A stretch of 64,000 nt of DNA from Minisyncoccota bacterium (GTDB taxonomy: Bacteria; Patescibacteriota; Minisyncoccia; Phycocordibacterales; BOKC01). The notes beneath the pieces are model-generated. The model was not told the DNA's origin. It saw only the letters and a list, made by a program, of their open reading frames with translations, and did not search any database. The DNA lies in the NCBI GenBank assembly GCA_030583745.1, contig CP129473.1, forward strand, positions 140,551 to 204,550, read 5' to 3'. The position numbers and the translations under genes were made by a program. Shown piece after piece: positions 24,742 to 33,872 of this stretch (the stretch's first letter is position 1; each line of letters begins with the position of its first letter).

Positions 24742-25800
24742 ATGAATAATAAGCCAGTATTTATAAAATCTCCAAAAGAGCTTGCCGAAATAAACCAGCA
24801 GAAATACAAACCCGTTTTTGTGGATGCTTTTTCAAGGCAAATAAAAGAACTTTTTTTTATTGAAAATCCGAGATTTTCTGTAGAAGACAAAAAAGAAGTA
24901 TATCGGAGTGGGGAATTCAAAGATTTTTTAAAGAAAAAAGAAAAAGATTTTGTTCTTATTTATTTCCCTTGGAGTAATCGTTTGATTAAGTGTGTCAAAG
25001 AAAATGATTATTTCAAACTCAAAACCAACCGCAATAGAGATTTAATAACAGAAAAAGAGCAGAAGAAATTGGCAGATTTTACTGTTGGCGTTGTAGGACT
25101 TTCGGTAGGTGCCAATATGGCAACTGCCTTGATTCACAGTGGTTTCTCTAAAAATATTAAACTCTCTGATTTTGACGAGCTTGATACCACAAACTTAAAC
25201 CGAATTAGGGCAAAGGTTTCAGAAATTGGAGACTCTAAAATTAGCATCGCCAGCCGGCAAATTTTTGAAATTAATCCATACGTTAAGATAAACTCTTTTC
25301 CTAAAGGATTAAATAAAAAAAATCTAAAGAATTTTCTGGCAGGTAATCCGAAACCCAAGCTTGTGTTTGAACTGATTGATGATTTTGAAATGAAGATTTT
25401 ATTAAGAAAAGAAGCTAGGAGATATAAAGTCCCTGTAATTATGCTTACAAGTTTAGGAGACAGCGTTTTAATTGATATAGAGAGGTATGACACAGAGCCG
25501 AAAACAAAATTATTTAATGGAAAAGTAAGTGAAAAAGTTTTAGACAAAATCCTTGCTGGAAGTTTGAGCGAAAAAGAGAAACATCAATGCGCTATAGATA
25601 TCGTTGATGGGAAAAATCTTCCATCAAAAGTCAAAAATTCAATAAACCAAATTGGTAAGACCCTCGCCGGTCGACCTCAACTTATGTCGACTGTAACCGT
25701 CGCTTCCGGTATTGCCGTTTTCCTTGCCCGAAAAATCGCTCTTAACGAGAAACTTAAAAGTGGCAGGAAGCTAGTGAAATTTAATAATTTTATTAAATGA
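24742..25800 (+). CDS. ThiF/MoeB/E1-like adenylyltransferase with a ~110-aa N-terminal extension (MccB-like or TOMM C-protein-like)
   Basis: GVVGLSVGANMATALIHSGF..IKLSDFDELDTTNLNRI ... INPYVKI; no Zn CxxC pairs. Confidence 0.7.
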   Translation: MNNKPVFIKSPKELAEINQQKYKPVFVDAFSRQIKELFFIENPRFSVEDKKEVYRSGEFKDFLKKKEKDFVLIYFPWSNRLIKCVKENDYFKLKTNRNRDLITEKEQKKLADFTVGVVGLSVGANMATALIHSGFSKNIKLSDFDELDTTNLNRIRAKVSEIGDSKISIASRQIFEINPYVKINSFPKGLNKKNLKNFLAGNPKPKLVFELIDDFEMKILLRKEARRYKVPVIMLTSLGDSVLIDIERYDTEPKTKLFNGKVSEKVLDKILAGSLSEKEKHQCAIDIVDGKNLPSKVKNSINQIGKTLAGRPQLMSTVTVASGIAVFLARKIALNEKLKSGRKLVKFNNFIK

Positions 25801-26864
25801 AGGACGTAATCAAAGAAATCCTAACCCTCGCAGTTAATGCCCCCTCCGGCCACAATTCCCAGCCGTGGACGTTTGAGGTGAAAAATAACTCTATTTTCGT
25901 TTATAACGTTCCAGATAAAGATAAAATTCTATTCAACTGGAAGCAGAGGGGATCTATGATTGCTCACGGTGCTTTGATTGAAAATATAGCAATAATCTCT
26001 TCAGAAAAAGGATATCGGGCGGACATAAAAATTCTTCCAAATGAAAAAGAAACCAATTTAACCGCAGAAATAAAACTAGAAAAAAGCTCGGAAGATTGTT
26101 CTTACAGGCATCTTTCTCCCTTCATCTTAAAACGAACCACTAATAGAAGACCTTACGAAATAAAATCTCTTGGAGACACAGATAGGGAGGCGTTAAAGAA
26201 TTTTATGGAAAAACATAATAATTCTGGATATGAAATTCTTTTGACAGAAGACAGGGAGAAAATCAATCAAGTGGTAGGACCTTTTAGTGCCGGAGATAGG
26301 TTACTTTTTGAAAATTTTTACGTTCACAAATCTCTTTTTGATAATGTAAATTGGACACTAAAAGAAGAGCGAGAAAAAAGAGAGGGTTTATATTTAGGAA
26401 CCAAAGAACTTAATTTAGCGGAAAGATTTTTATTTAAATACATAATGAGTAAATGGAGTTTTGTTGAGAATCTAAATAAAATCGGCTTTGCAGAAAAAGC
26501 CGGAGAAAAAAGAGCAGAACTTTACAAAAAATGCTCGGCTATGGGTTTGGTTACAGCTCCCAGTGATTCTCCAAGAGACTTTATAAATTCAGGAAGGGTT
26601 TTAGAAAGATTCTGGCTGACTGTAACATCTCTTGGTTTAAGCTTCCAGCCTGTATCTGTTGGGCTTCTTTATTTAGGACAAAGGTGTAAAATAGAAAAAC
26701 CGGAGGAATTGACACCCGGACAATTTGAATACGTTAGAAAAGCATATGGAATAGTGGAAAATGTGTTTAATGTTACTGATAAGATTCCGACTTTCAGCTT
26801 TCGAATCGGATACGCACCACCACCTTCTGCTAGTTCGCTAAAAAAATTGCCGGAGATTGTATAA
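25797..26864 (+). CDS. Nitroreductase-fold (SagB-type dehydrogenase-like) protein
   Basis: APSGHNSQPW motif; 355 aa two-lobed nitroreductase architecture; start overlaps the ThiF-like stop. Confidence 0.65.
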   Translation: MKDVIKEILTLAVNAPSGHNSQPWTFEVKNNSIFVYNVPDKDKILFNWKQRGSMIAHGALIENIAIISSEKGYRADIKILPNEKETNLTAEIKLEKSSEDCSYRHLSPFILKRTTNRRPYEIKSLGDTDREALKNFMEKHNNSGYEILLTEDREKINQVVGPFSAGDRLLFENFYVHKSLFDNVNWTLKEEREKREGLYLGTKELNLAERFLFKYIMSKWSFVENLNKIGFAEKAGEKRAELYKKCSAMGLVTAPSDSPRDFINSGRVLERFWLTVTSLGLSFQPVSVGLLYLGQRCKIEKPEELTPGQFEYVRKAYGIVENVFNVTDKIPTFSFRIGYAPPPSASSLKKLPEIV

Positions 26865-26871
26865 TTAATTT

Positions 26872-28452
26872 ATGGAAATTTTAGAAAATTTAGATCTGTT
26901 GAGTGTAAGTATTACTACAGCAGCTACACTGGTATTGGGTTTTACTATTTATTTTAGTAATACAAAAAGTGTTACTAATTTTACTTTTCTTATTTTCGCT
27001 GTGATTACTGCGATGTGGAGTATGGCTAACTACTTTCATCATACAATTAATTCGGTACCAATTGCTTTTGCGTTAATCAAATTCGTTATATTTCTGGGTG
27101 TTTGGCATGCCTTCACTTTCTTCCAATTATTTTTTGTATTCCCAAAAGAGAATGTAACTTTCCCAAAAAATTATAAGTACTTAATTATTCCTATAGTTTC
27201 GGTTGCTTCAATTATAAATTTGACCCCGTTAGTATTTAAGGGAGTAGCAGAAGTAATAGACGGGAGAATTTCAAAAATAGAAAATGGTCCAGCTATAGCC
27301 CTTTTCGGCTTATTAATAGTTTCTTTTATAGTAAGCGGTGTATTTTTGTTGATAAAAAGAATTATAACTTCTCAGGGTCGTCTAAAAAAGCAATTTCAGA
27401 CTATTTTATATGGAGTTATTTTAACTTTTATTTTGATCCTTACATTTAATTTTATATTACCGGCATTTTTCAACAACCCTAGTTTTATACCCTTGAGCTC
27501 AATATTTATATTTCCTTTCATTGTTTTTACATCCTATTCAATTCTCAAACATAAATTTTTTAATATCAAAGTAGCGGGAATCAGTTTATTGGTTTTCGCA
27601 CTATCTATTGTTGCTTTTGGAGAAGTTATATTTGCCAGAGAGTTATTTTTGATTGTCTACCGAAGTAGTGTTTTTGTTTTGATTTTGATTTTTGGAATTC
27701 TTTTGATCAAGGGTGTTATGCGGGAGGTTTCCTTGAGAGAACAATTACAGGAAGCTAATAAGGCGCAGGAGAATTTGATTAACTTCATCACCCATCAAAT
27801 TAAGGGCTTTTTGACAAAATCAAGGAATATTTTTGCTGAAATGATGGAGGGGACTTTTGGGCCGATTTCCGGAGATATAAAAAATATTGCCGAGCAAGGG
27901 CTGAAAATAAATACCGATGGCGTTAATACTGTGCAGACAATTTTAAACGCGGCAAATATTCGTACAGGCAAGCTCTCTTACAATATGGCGCCGATAGATT
28001 TGAGAGATATCATCCAAAAATCATTTGAGAAAAATCGCAAGAGCGCCGAGTCAAAAGGTCTTGATTTTGTCTTGAACATTGGCGAGTCGTCAGAATATAA
28101 AATAAAAGGTGACGAGAATCAGCTGTCTGAAGCGTTTTCAAACTTAATAGACAATTCAATAAAATACACACCAAGAGGTCAGGTTAAAGTATCTCTTGTG
28201 AAAAGTGATAGTGCTATAAAATTTTCTATTAAAGACACCGGTATCGGTATTGCACCAGAAGATAAATCAAAACTTTTCACCGAGGGCGGACGCGCGAAAA
28301 ACGCGCTCGAGGTCAACGTTGACTCCACCGGCTTTGGTCTATACATCGTTAAAAATATTATAGAAGCGCATAACGGCCGTGTTTGGGTAGAGTCAGAAGG
28401 GGAGGGTAAAGGCTCGGAATTTATAGCTGAACTGCCTTATAAAGATAGTTGA
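26872..28452 (+). CDS. Multi-TM sensor histidine kinase
   Basis: About 8 TM; H-box FITHQIKGFL; HATPase G-boxes GFGLYIV, GEGKGSEF. Confidence 0.85.
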   Translation: MEILENLDLLSVSITTAATLVLGFTIYFSNTKSVTNFTFLIFAVITAMWSMANYFHHTINSVPIAFALIKFVIFLGVWHAFTFFQLFFVFPKENVTFPKNYKYLIIPIVSVASIINLTPLVFKGVAEVIDGRISKIENGPAIALFGLLIVSFIVSGVFLLIKRIITSQGRLKKQFQTILYGVILTFILILTFNFILPAFFNNPSFIPLSSIFIFPFIVFTSYSILKHKFFNIKVAGISLLVFALSIVAFGEVIFARELFLIVYRSSVFVLILIFGILLIKGVMREVSLREQLQEANKAQENLINFITHQIKGFLTKSRNIFAEMMEGTFGPISGDIKNIAEQGLKINTDGVNTVQTILNAANIRTGKLSYNMAPIDLRDIIQKSFEKNRKSAESKGLDFVLNIGESSEYKIKGDENQLSEAFSNLIDNSIKYTPRGQVKVSLVKSDSAIKFSIKDTGIGIAPEDKSKLFTEGGRAKNALEVNVDSTGFGLYIVKNIIEAHNGRVWVESEGEGKGSEFIAELPYKDS

Positions 28453-28456
28453 AATT

Positions 28457-29968
28457 ATGAATAAATACAGATTTGCGGCAACCGGTTACATAATTCATGA
28501 CAATAAAGTTTTACTAATAAAACACCCGAAGCTTGGAGTTTGGCTACCAGTTGGTGGTAAGGTTGACGTAGGAGAGCATCCTGAAGATTCTTTTATTCGA
28601 GAAGTGAAAGAGGAGGTTGGTCTTAGTGTAGAAATTATAAAGACTTTCGAACATCCGCGTGTAGTTGGTGGCCATCGCTATCTTCAGTTGGAAAAAGTAG
28701 GGGATGGATATCACCTAGATTTTATTTATTACGCAAAGGCGAACTCTAAAAAATTGGTTCTAAATGAAAAAATTAGGGAAGCAAGATGGCTTTCTTTCTC
28801 TGAATTTTTGCAAGATAAAAAAATGTTTTTTGAAGATGTCGTGATTGAACTTGAGAAAATATATGCTCGTTATTGTGATTATGATCCCTTTCAGATTGTT
28901 CGTGCCGAACACAACAATGTTGGACAAATTTTTGATAAAGCTTTTGTAGTCAATCATTCGGATGAAAAAACGGATTATTTTTTAAGAGAAGTTAATCGTT
29001 ATGCAAAGAAGACTTTCTATGTTGAGAAGGAATATTCAGGAAATAAAATTTCAAAAGAAAAAATCACTAACTTTGTAGGGAAACAAAATGTAGTCAATGT
29101 AAAGAATGCTTTAAAAATTCTCGAGACAAGCGATGCAAATGATGTTGTGTTTGATATGTCTGGATTAATATCTGAAAAAATCTACCAAAATTTAAATTGG
29201 AGGGGTTTCTCGATAGAAGATACGGCAAATGGCTTGAACTGGCTCAAGGGTGGCAAGAAAATTTCAAAACCAATATTTTCAATTGCTTACAGTAGGTTGA
29301 AAAAGAGCGTTGAGAATCCTAAAGTTGCGGAATCAATTTTTTCTTCTTTGTTAAATTATTGTTACAAAAATGATAGAAATATCTACGGAATCAATATCCT
29401 GATGATAGGATACGGATCAATAGGTTCTATATTAGTTGAAATGCTTTCGTCGATAACCGAAAACGTTGTAGTCTATGACATTGATTATTCTCAAATATTA
29501 AGAGCAAAGGCCAACAGGTTCAAGGTAATTGATTCTCTAGAAAATATATCTTGTTTTGATATGGTTATATCATCTACTGGAACGCCCGTGGCGCTTGGGG
29601 AAAAAGAGTTAAGAGTTTTGAAAAATGGCGCAATGTTGATCAATTGTTCAACTAAACAATGGGAATTTGATCGTGATTTTATAAACAGACAAGAAAGAAG
29701 AATTGTCGGTGATACAGAGTTTATAACCATTGAAGACAGGCAAATTGAATTGTTCAATTCAGGTTTCCCAATAAATTTTTGGAATTCAGGCGGGACTCAT
29801 TCATCAGCAATATTATCAACCTTTGCTTGTATCCTTGAATCCGCGGTACATATTGAAAAAAGACGCGATATTTTTTTAAAAGCTCACCCCCGGGTTTATG
29901 AGGTGTCGGAAATCCTACCAAAAATAGAAGACAAATATCTAAAATATTCTTTTTTAAAGAACTCGTAG
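28457..29968 (+). CDS. Fusion protein: N-terminal NUDIX hydrolase plus C-terminal adenosylhomocysteinase-like NAD-binding domain
   Basis: Nudix box GGKVDVGEHPEDSFIREVKEEVGL. C-terminal ILMIGYGSIGSILVEML..VVVYDIDY...ISSTGTPVAL resembles the SAHH NAD domain. Confidence 0.55.
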   Translation: MNKYRFAATGYIIHDNKVLLIKHPKLGVWLPVGGKVDVGEHPEDSFIREVKEEVGLSVEIIKTFEHPRVVGGHRYLQLEKVGDGYHLDFIYYAKANSKKLVLNEKIREARWLSFSEFLQDKKMFFEDVVIELEKIYARYCDYDPFQIVRAEHNNVGQIFDKAFVVNHSDEKTDYFLREVNRYAKKTFYVEKEYSGNKISKEKITNFVGKQNVVNVKNALKILETSDANDVVFDMSGLISEKIYQNLNWRGFSIEDTANGLNWLKGGKKISKPIFSIAYSRLKKSVENPKVAESIFSSLLNYCYKNDRNIYGINILMIGYGSIGSILVEMLSSITENVVVYDIDYSQILRAKANRFKVIDSLENISCFDMVISSTGTPVALGEKELRVLKNGAMLINCSTKQWEFDRDFINRQERRIVGDTEFITIEDRQIELFNSGFPINFWNSGGTHSSAILSTFACILESAVHIEKRRDIFLKAHPRVYEVSEILPKIEDKYLKYSFLKNS

Positions 29969-29988
29969 CAACTTTAGTGAAAATTAAT

Positions 29989-30072
29989 AAAGTAGGAAAA
30001 GTCTGGGTGGCGAGCGAAGGCGTCGGCAAGGGGGTTGAGTTTGTGGTGGAATTACCAACAACTAGGGTCTAG
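29989..30072 (+). pseudogene. 3' fragment of a histidine kinase gene (HATPase_c C-terminus only)
   Basis: KVWVASEGVGKGVEFVVELPTTRV* parallels the C-terminus of the 26872 kinase (RVWVESEGEGKGSEFIAELP); no start codon; stops upstream. Confidence 0.5.
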
Positions 30073-30112
30073 GGGTTAGGGTATAGGGTTTGGCCACTAG
30101 CCAATAGGGCGG
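30062..30112. repeat. Dispersed heptamer repeat copy D (inverted orientation)
   Basis: Reverse complement ccgccctattggctagtggccaaaccctataccctaacccctagaccctag. Confidence 0.6.
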
Positions 30113-30174
30113 AGATAACGACTGGATTGTTGTTCAGATCAGATCAGAGAATAAAAAAGGGTTGCCTCTAAATT

Positions 30175-30306
30175 TTGATAGGCGCAAGGACTTCTCTCAC
30201 ACTTAGAAGTATTTCCTTACGGGAACTAATTAAGAAATTTCGCAAGCTTGGTTTTGACGGTCCTTATTCTGGAGGCCACCATCTTTATATGCACGTCAGG
30301 CAATGA
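30175..30306 (+). pseudogene. hicA: Truncated HicA-family toxin (N-terminal two thirds, TTG start)
   Basis: SLRELIKKFRKLGFDGPYSGGHHLYMHVRQ* matches the HicA/YcfA pattern ..L.K.GF....GSHH.F.H; the C-terminal beta-strands are missing. Confidence 0.4.
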
Positions 30307-30526
30307 AAAAGAGCGAAGAACTCCAGACTCTTTTAAGTTTAATGGAGTATAAGCAAGGAAAGAAAAACAGATACACATCTACCGAGCGTATCTTTAGGAA
30401 ACTAAAAATTTCATAACTTTAAAAGTTAATTCGAAATTTTCTATTTGACATATTAGTGACGAGTGTGATAAAATTAAAAGAGAAAAGCTGGCAATAGGGC
30501 TGGCTTAATAAAAAAAGGGGTAGTGA

Positions 30527-31033
30527 TTGAATGCCAAGAAAACCCTGAAAAAAGGGGCAACTCTTGGTGCTGGAATTCTCTTGAAAAGAGCTTTCAGTTG
30601 GCCGTTTGACTATGTCCTCTACCCGGTGGTGTTGGTCTGGTTGGGTCACATTTGGGGTGGTCTTGTTATGACCGTTCTCTCTGTGCCTTTCAACCTTCTC
30701 ATCATTAGGGCCTACGACTGGTCTAAGATTGACTGGCTTCTCATCGAGACAGCAAAAGCTGTCCGCTACGAAGAGGTCGAAAACGGCTGGAGGGGCTTTA
30801 TCGGGAGGATCCTGCGCAAGAGTGATGTGCTTGCCTTTTTTGTTCTTTGCTTTGACGACCCAACGGTTGTTACTCTATATCTTCGCCACGGTGCCAGTCA
30901 GTACGACGGCATGTCAAGACGCGACTGGAAAATCTTTTTGTCCGCTACGATTGTTGCCAATCTGTACTGGATTGTTGGCTGGGTGGCGATAATAGAGCTC
31001 TGGCGTTGGGTTGTTGGAGCGTCCACTTTTTGA
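30527..31033 (+). CDS. Hypothetical 4-TM membrane protein, noticeably GC-richer than its flanks
   Basis: Hydrophobic helices; Trp-rich; no recognised domain. Confidence 0.45.
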   Translation: MNAKKTLKKGATLGAGILLKRAFSWPFDYVLYPVVLVWLGHIWGGLVMTVLSVPFNLLIIRAYDWSKIDWLLIETAKAVRYEEVENGWRGFIGRILRKSDVLAFFVLCFDDPTVVTLYLRHGASQYDGMSRRDWKIFLSATIVANLYWIVGWVAIIELWRWVVGASTF

Positions 31034-31059
31034 ACCGCGCTTTGGAGGAGCGCGGTTTT
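31033..31059 (+). terminator. Rho-independent terminator
   Basis: aaccgcgctttggaggagcgcggtttt. Confidence 0.7.
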
Positions 31060-31119
31060 CCTTATCAAGAGGTGATTTTTAGAGTTCTGTGTTGAAAACA
31101 AAATGGTATAATACTATTT

Positions 31120-32520
31120 ATGGATTTTAAGTTTGTTTCTGATAAATCAAAACTGTTGAAAGGTGTTGTTCAGGCAAAGTTTACAGACGGCAAAGAAATT
31201 AAATTTCTGAAAGACGAAAACAAGATAGACAAATTGCTCATAGGAATTTGTAAAAATAGAAGCGAGGTTAACTTGCGGGATTTTTTCATTTTGTGTCGGA
31301 AGCTGGTTAGGGTGGCTAAAATCCATAGAATTAAAAAATTAGCAATCGGTTTTGAAGAATTTGATTTTCCGAAATTAAAAAATTTGAGCGACGAAGAAAA
31401 GTCGAGAACAATTAGCGAGCAATTTTTAATCGCCGGTTTTGACTTTTTGAAATACAAAAGCGAGAAAGAAAGCTTTTTAGAGGAAGTTTTTATTTTAAAT
31501 TTTCCGAAAGAATGTAAAAGCGCCTTTGAAAAAGGAGTCATAGTTGGAAAGGAAGTAAATCGTTGTCGCGAGCTTGCTAATACGCCGGGCGGAGACATGA
31601 CCCCTGCTCTTTTGGCGCAAAAAGCCAAAGATGCCTGCCGAGGCACGGCAGTAAAGGTTTCAGTTTTTGATGAAAAGAAAATTAAAGAATTAAAAATGGG
31701 CGCAATTTTGGGAGTGTCGCGTGGCTCTCCCGAAAAACCCAAGTTTATAGTTATGGAATATTGGGGGAGTTCTTTAAAGGATTCAAGACAATCTAAACAC
31801 CCAATCGTTTTGGTTGGCAAAGGAGTAACTTTTGACACAGGTGGTCTTTCGCTTAAGTCTTCAGACTCAATGCTTGGTATGCATCTTGATATGTCTGGCG
31901 GAGCGGCTGTGATTCATGCGATTGCGGCGGCTGCCAAACTCGGACTCAAGAAAGATATAATAGGGCTTGTGCCGGCGGTGGAGAACATGCCTTCCGGCGA
32001 GAGCTATCGTCCGGGTGATATATTAAAAACAATGTCTGGAAAGACTGTTGAGGTTTTAAATACAGATGCCGAAGGACGCCTAATCTTGGCTGACGCTCTG
32101 ACTTTTGCCAAAAGATATAAGCCAAAACTGGTAATTGATATCGCAACTTTGACAGGCGCTGCAGTTGTGGCCTTAGGCGAGAGATGTTCAGCAATATTTT
32201 CAAAGGATAAAAAGATTATAAATCTTTTGGAAGAATCTGGAGAAAAGGTCGGCGAGTATGTTTGGCCACTGCCACTTTGGGAAGAATACGAGGAAGATAT
32301 TAAGGGACATTTTGCTGATTTTTCAAATATTCATAAAGATAATTCTCGTTGGGGTGGGGCAATTGAAGCAGCAGTCTTTCTTTATCAGTTTGCTAAAGAT
32401 TATCCTTGGGCCCATATAGACATGGCGCCTAGAATGGTATCAATCAAAAGTGATCACTTAGCCAGAGGCGCGACTGGAGAACCTCTTAAACTTTTGGTAA
32501 GATTGATTGAAAGTCAATAG
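31120..32520 (+). CDS. pepA: Leucyl aminopeptidase (M17)
   Basis: NTDAEGRLILADAL signature; VGKGVTFDTGG. Confidence 0.9.
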   Translation: MDFKFVSDKSKLLKGVVQAKFTDGKEIKFLKDENKIDKLLIGICKNRSEVNLRDFFILCRKLVRVAKIHRIKKLAIGFEEFDFPKLKNLSDEEKSRTISEQFLIAGFDFLKYKSEKESFLEEVFILNFPKECKSAFEKGVIVGKEVNRCRELANTPGGDMTPALLAQKAKDACRGTAVKVSVFDEKKIKELKMGAILGVSRGSPEKPKFIVMEYWGSSLKDSRQSKHPIVLVGKGVTFDTGGLSLKSSDSMLGMHLDMSGGAAVIHAIAAAAKLGLKKDIIGLVPAVENMPSGESYRPGDILKTMSGKTVEVLNTDAEGRLILADALTFAKRYKPKLVIDIATLTGAAVVALGERCSAIFSKDKKIINLLEESGEKVGEYVWPLPLWEEYEEDIKGHFADFSNIHKDNSRWGGAIEAAVFLYQFAKDYPWAHIDMAPRMVSIKSDHLARGATGEPLKLLVRLIESQ

Positions 32521-32538
32521 GATACTTAACTTTGTTTT

Positions 32539-33852
32539 ATGATTTTTAAAAAAGACAGAAAAAGAGACGACGTTAGAGACAAGAAAAAAGAGAAGCCAGA
32601 AGAAGAAAATATCCCGTTTGAAGACCTTCTTAAGGTAAAAGGTGTCAGAACGATGGAGACTGACGCTAGGGAATACAAAGAAAAGCAGGAAAAGTACGGT
32701 GATGATGTTCCGCCTTACGACCCATATCTTTCTTCTTCCGAATTGTCAGATAGAGATGATTTGATTGCACAAAAGGCACGGGAGACCACCTCGGCGCCGT
32801 TTGAAATCAGGCGAGAGATGCCGGAGACGTCCACTTCGGACTTAGGTGCGGGCTTGGAAGAACAATTACCAAACGAAACAGAAGAAAGCGTGACAGAATC
32901 TGTTCTAGATAAAGGGGTGGAGAGAGAATATGATTTTCCGAATGTTCAGACAAAATCAAAAACAGAAGCTGAAACGGAAGATGTAGAAGAAGAGCCCATT
33001 GAAGAACCGAATCGTAAGCCCTCGCAATACAAAGACGAAGAAACGATATTGCGGGAAAGCATAGAATACTTGGCTCGACAGCATGCGGAATTATTGCAAA
33101 AACTGGAACATTATCGAAAAAATAAGAAAAAAGTTTTTGAAGAAAAACAGGATTTTGTTTTGAAAAAAGAAGAGATTGAAAAGACTCTGAAACCTATTTT
33201 AGGAAAAGAAAAGGAAAAAGAGAGTGAAATAGAAGAGATAGAGCGCGCCGAAGAAATTATAAAAAACGAGGAAGAACTTAGAGCGAAGGAAAAAGAACGC
33301 TGGACGAAGGAAGACGAAAGGCAGGCGATTGAAAAAAAGAAGTGGGGATTGTCGGATGATCTTGAAACCATCAACAAATTTATAAAGGACAGGGATGAAT
33401 TGTCTGCTTCTTTGGCCGAGAAAGAAAAAGAGACTCAAGACAAAATAAAAGAAACTGAAACTGAAAAAAAGAAAAAAGAGATACAGCTTAGGATTTTGCA
33501 AATTAGAAGAAGTCGAAAACAGGCCGAGGATGAACTTAATAATTTTAAATCTCAACTAATTCAAATTTCCGAAACTATTTCAGGACTTGTCTCAGAAGAG
33601 GGTCAAATTTTGGAAAAAAAGAAAAAGGTTGAAGAAAAAGAAAAACAAGCCGGTTCATCCGAAGAAGAAAAGGAAGTTGAAGCTCTGCGGTGGGATTTGG
33701 AGAAGCGTTTAAGGCAGGTTGAGGGTAAAAGGTGGCAGGTGTCAGACCAAAAAGTCAGATTACAGCAGCTTGCGATTGAGTCGGAAAAACGTCTTCAGTT
33801 GATTCTATCAGAAGAAAATGAAGTCGAAGCCGAGCTGAAAACTCTCTCTTAG
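32539..33852 (+). CDS. Highly charged E/K-rich coiled-coil protein, hypothetical
   Basis: Low-complexity KEKE-type sequence throughout. Confidence 0.5.
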   Translation: MIFKKDRKRDDVRDKKKEKPEEENIPFEDLLKVKGVRTMETDAREYKEKQEKYGDDVPPYDPYLSSSELSDRDDLIAQKARETTSAPFEIRREMPETSTSDLGAGLEEQLPNETEESVTESVLDKGVEREYDFPNVQTKSKTEAETEDVEEEPIEEPNRKPSQYKDEETILRESIEYLARQHAELLQKLEHYRKNKKKVFEEKQDFVLKKEEIEKTLKPILGKEKEKESEIEEIERAEEIIKNEEELRAKEKERWTKEDERQAIEKKKWGLSDDLETINKFIKDRDELSASLAEKEKETQDKIKETETEKKKKEIQLRILQIRRSRKQAEDELNNFKSQLIQISETISGLVSEEGQILEKKKKVEEKEKQAGSSEEEKEVEALRWDLEKRLRQVEGKRWQVSDQKVRLQQLAIESEKRLQLILSEENEVEAELKTLS

Positions 33853-33872
33853 CTCGATTCTCAAAAAAAATT

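Noticed and set aside
33111-33555. Minus-strand ORFs within the E/K-rich gene
   Set aside because: These are low-complexity antisense artefacts of an AAG/GAA-rich coding region.
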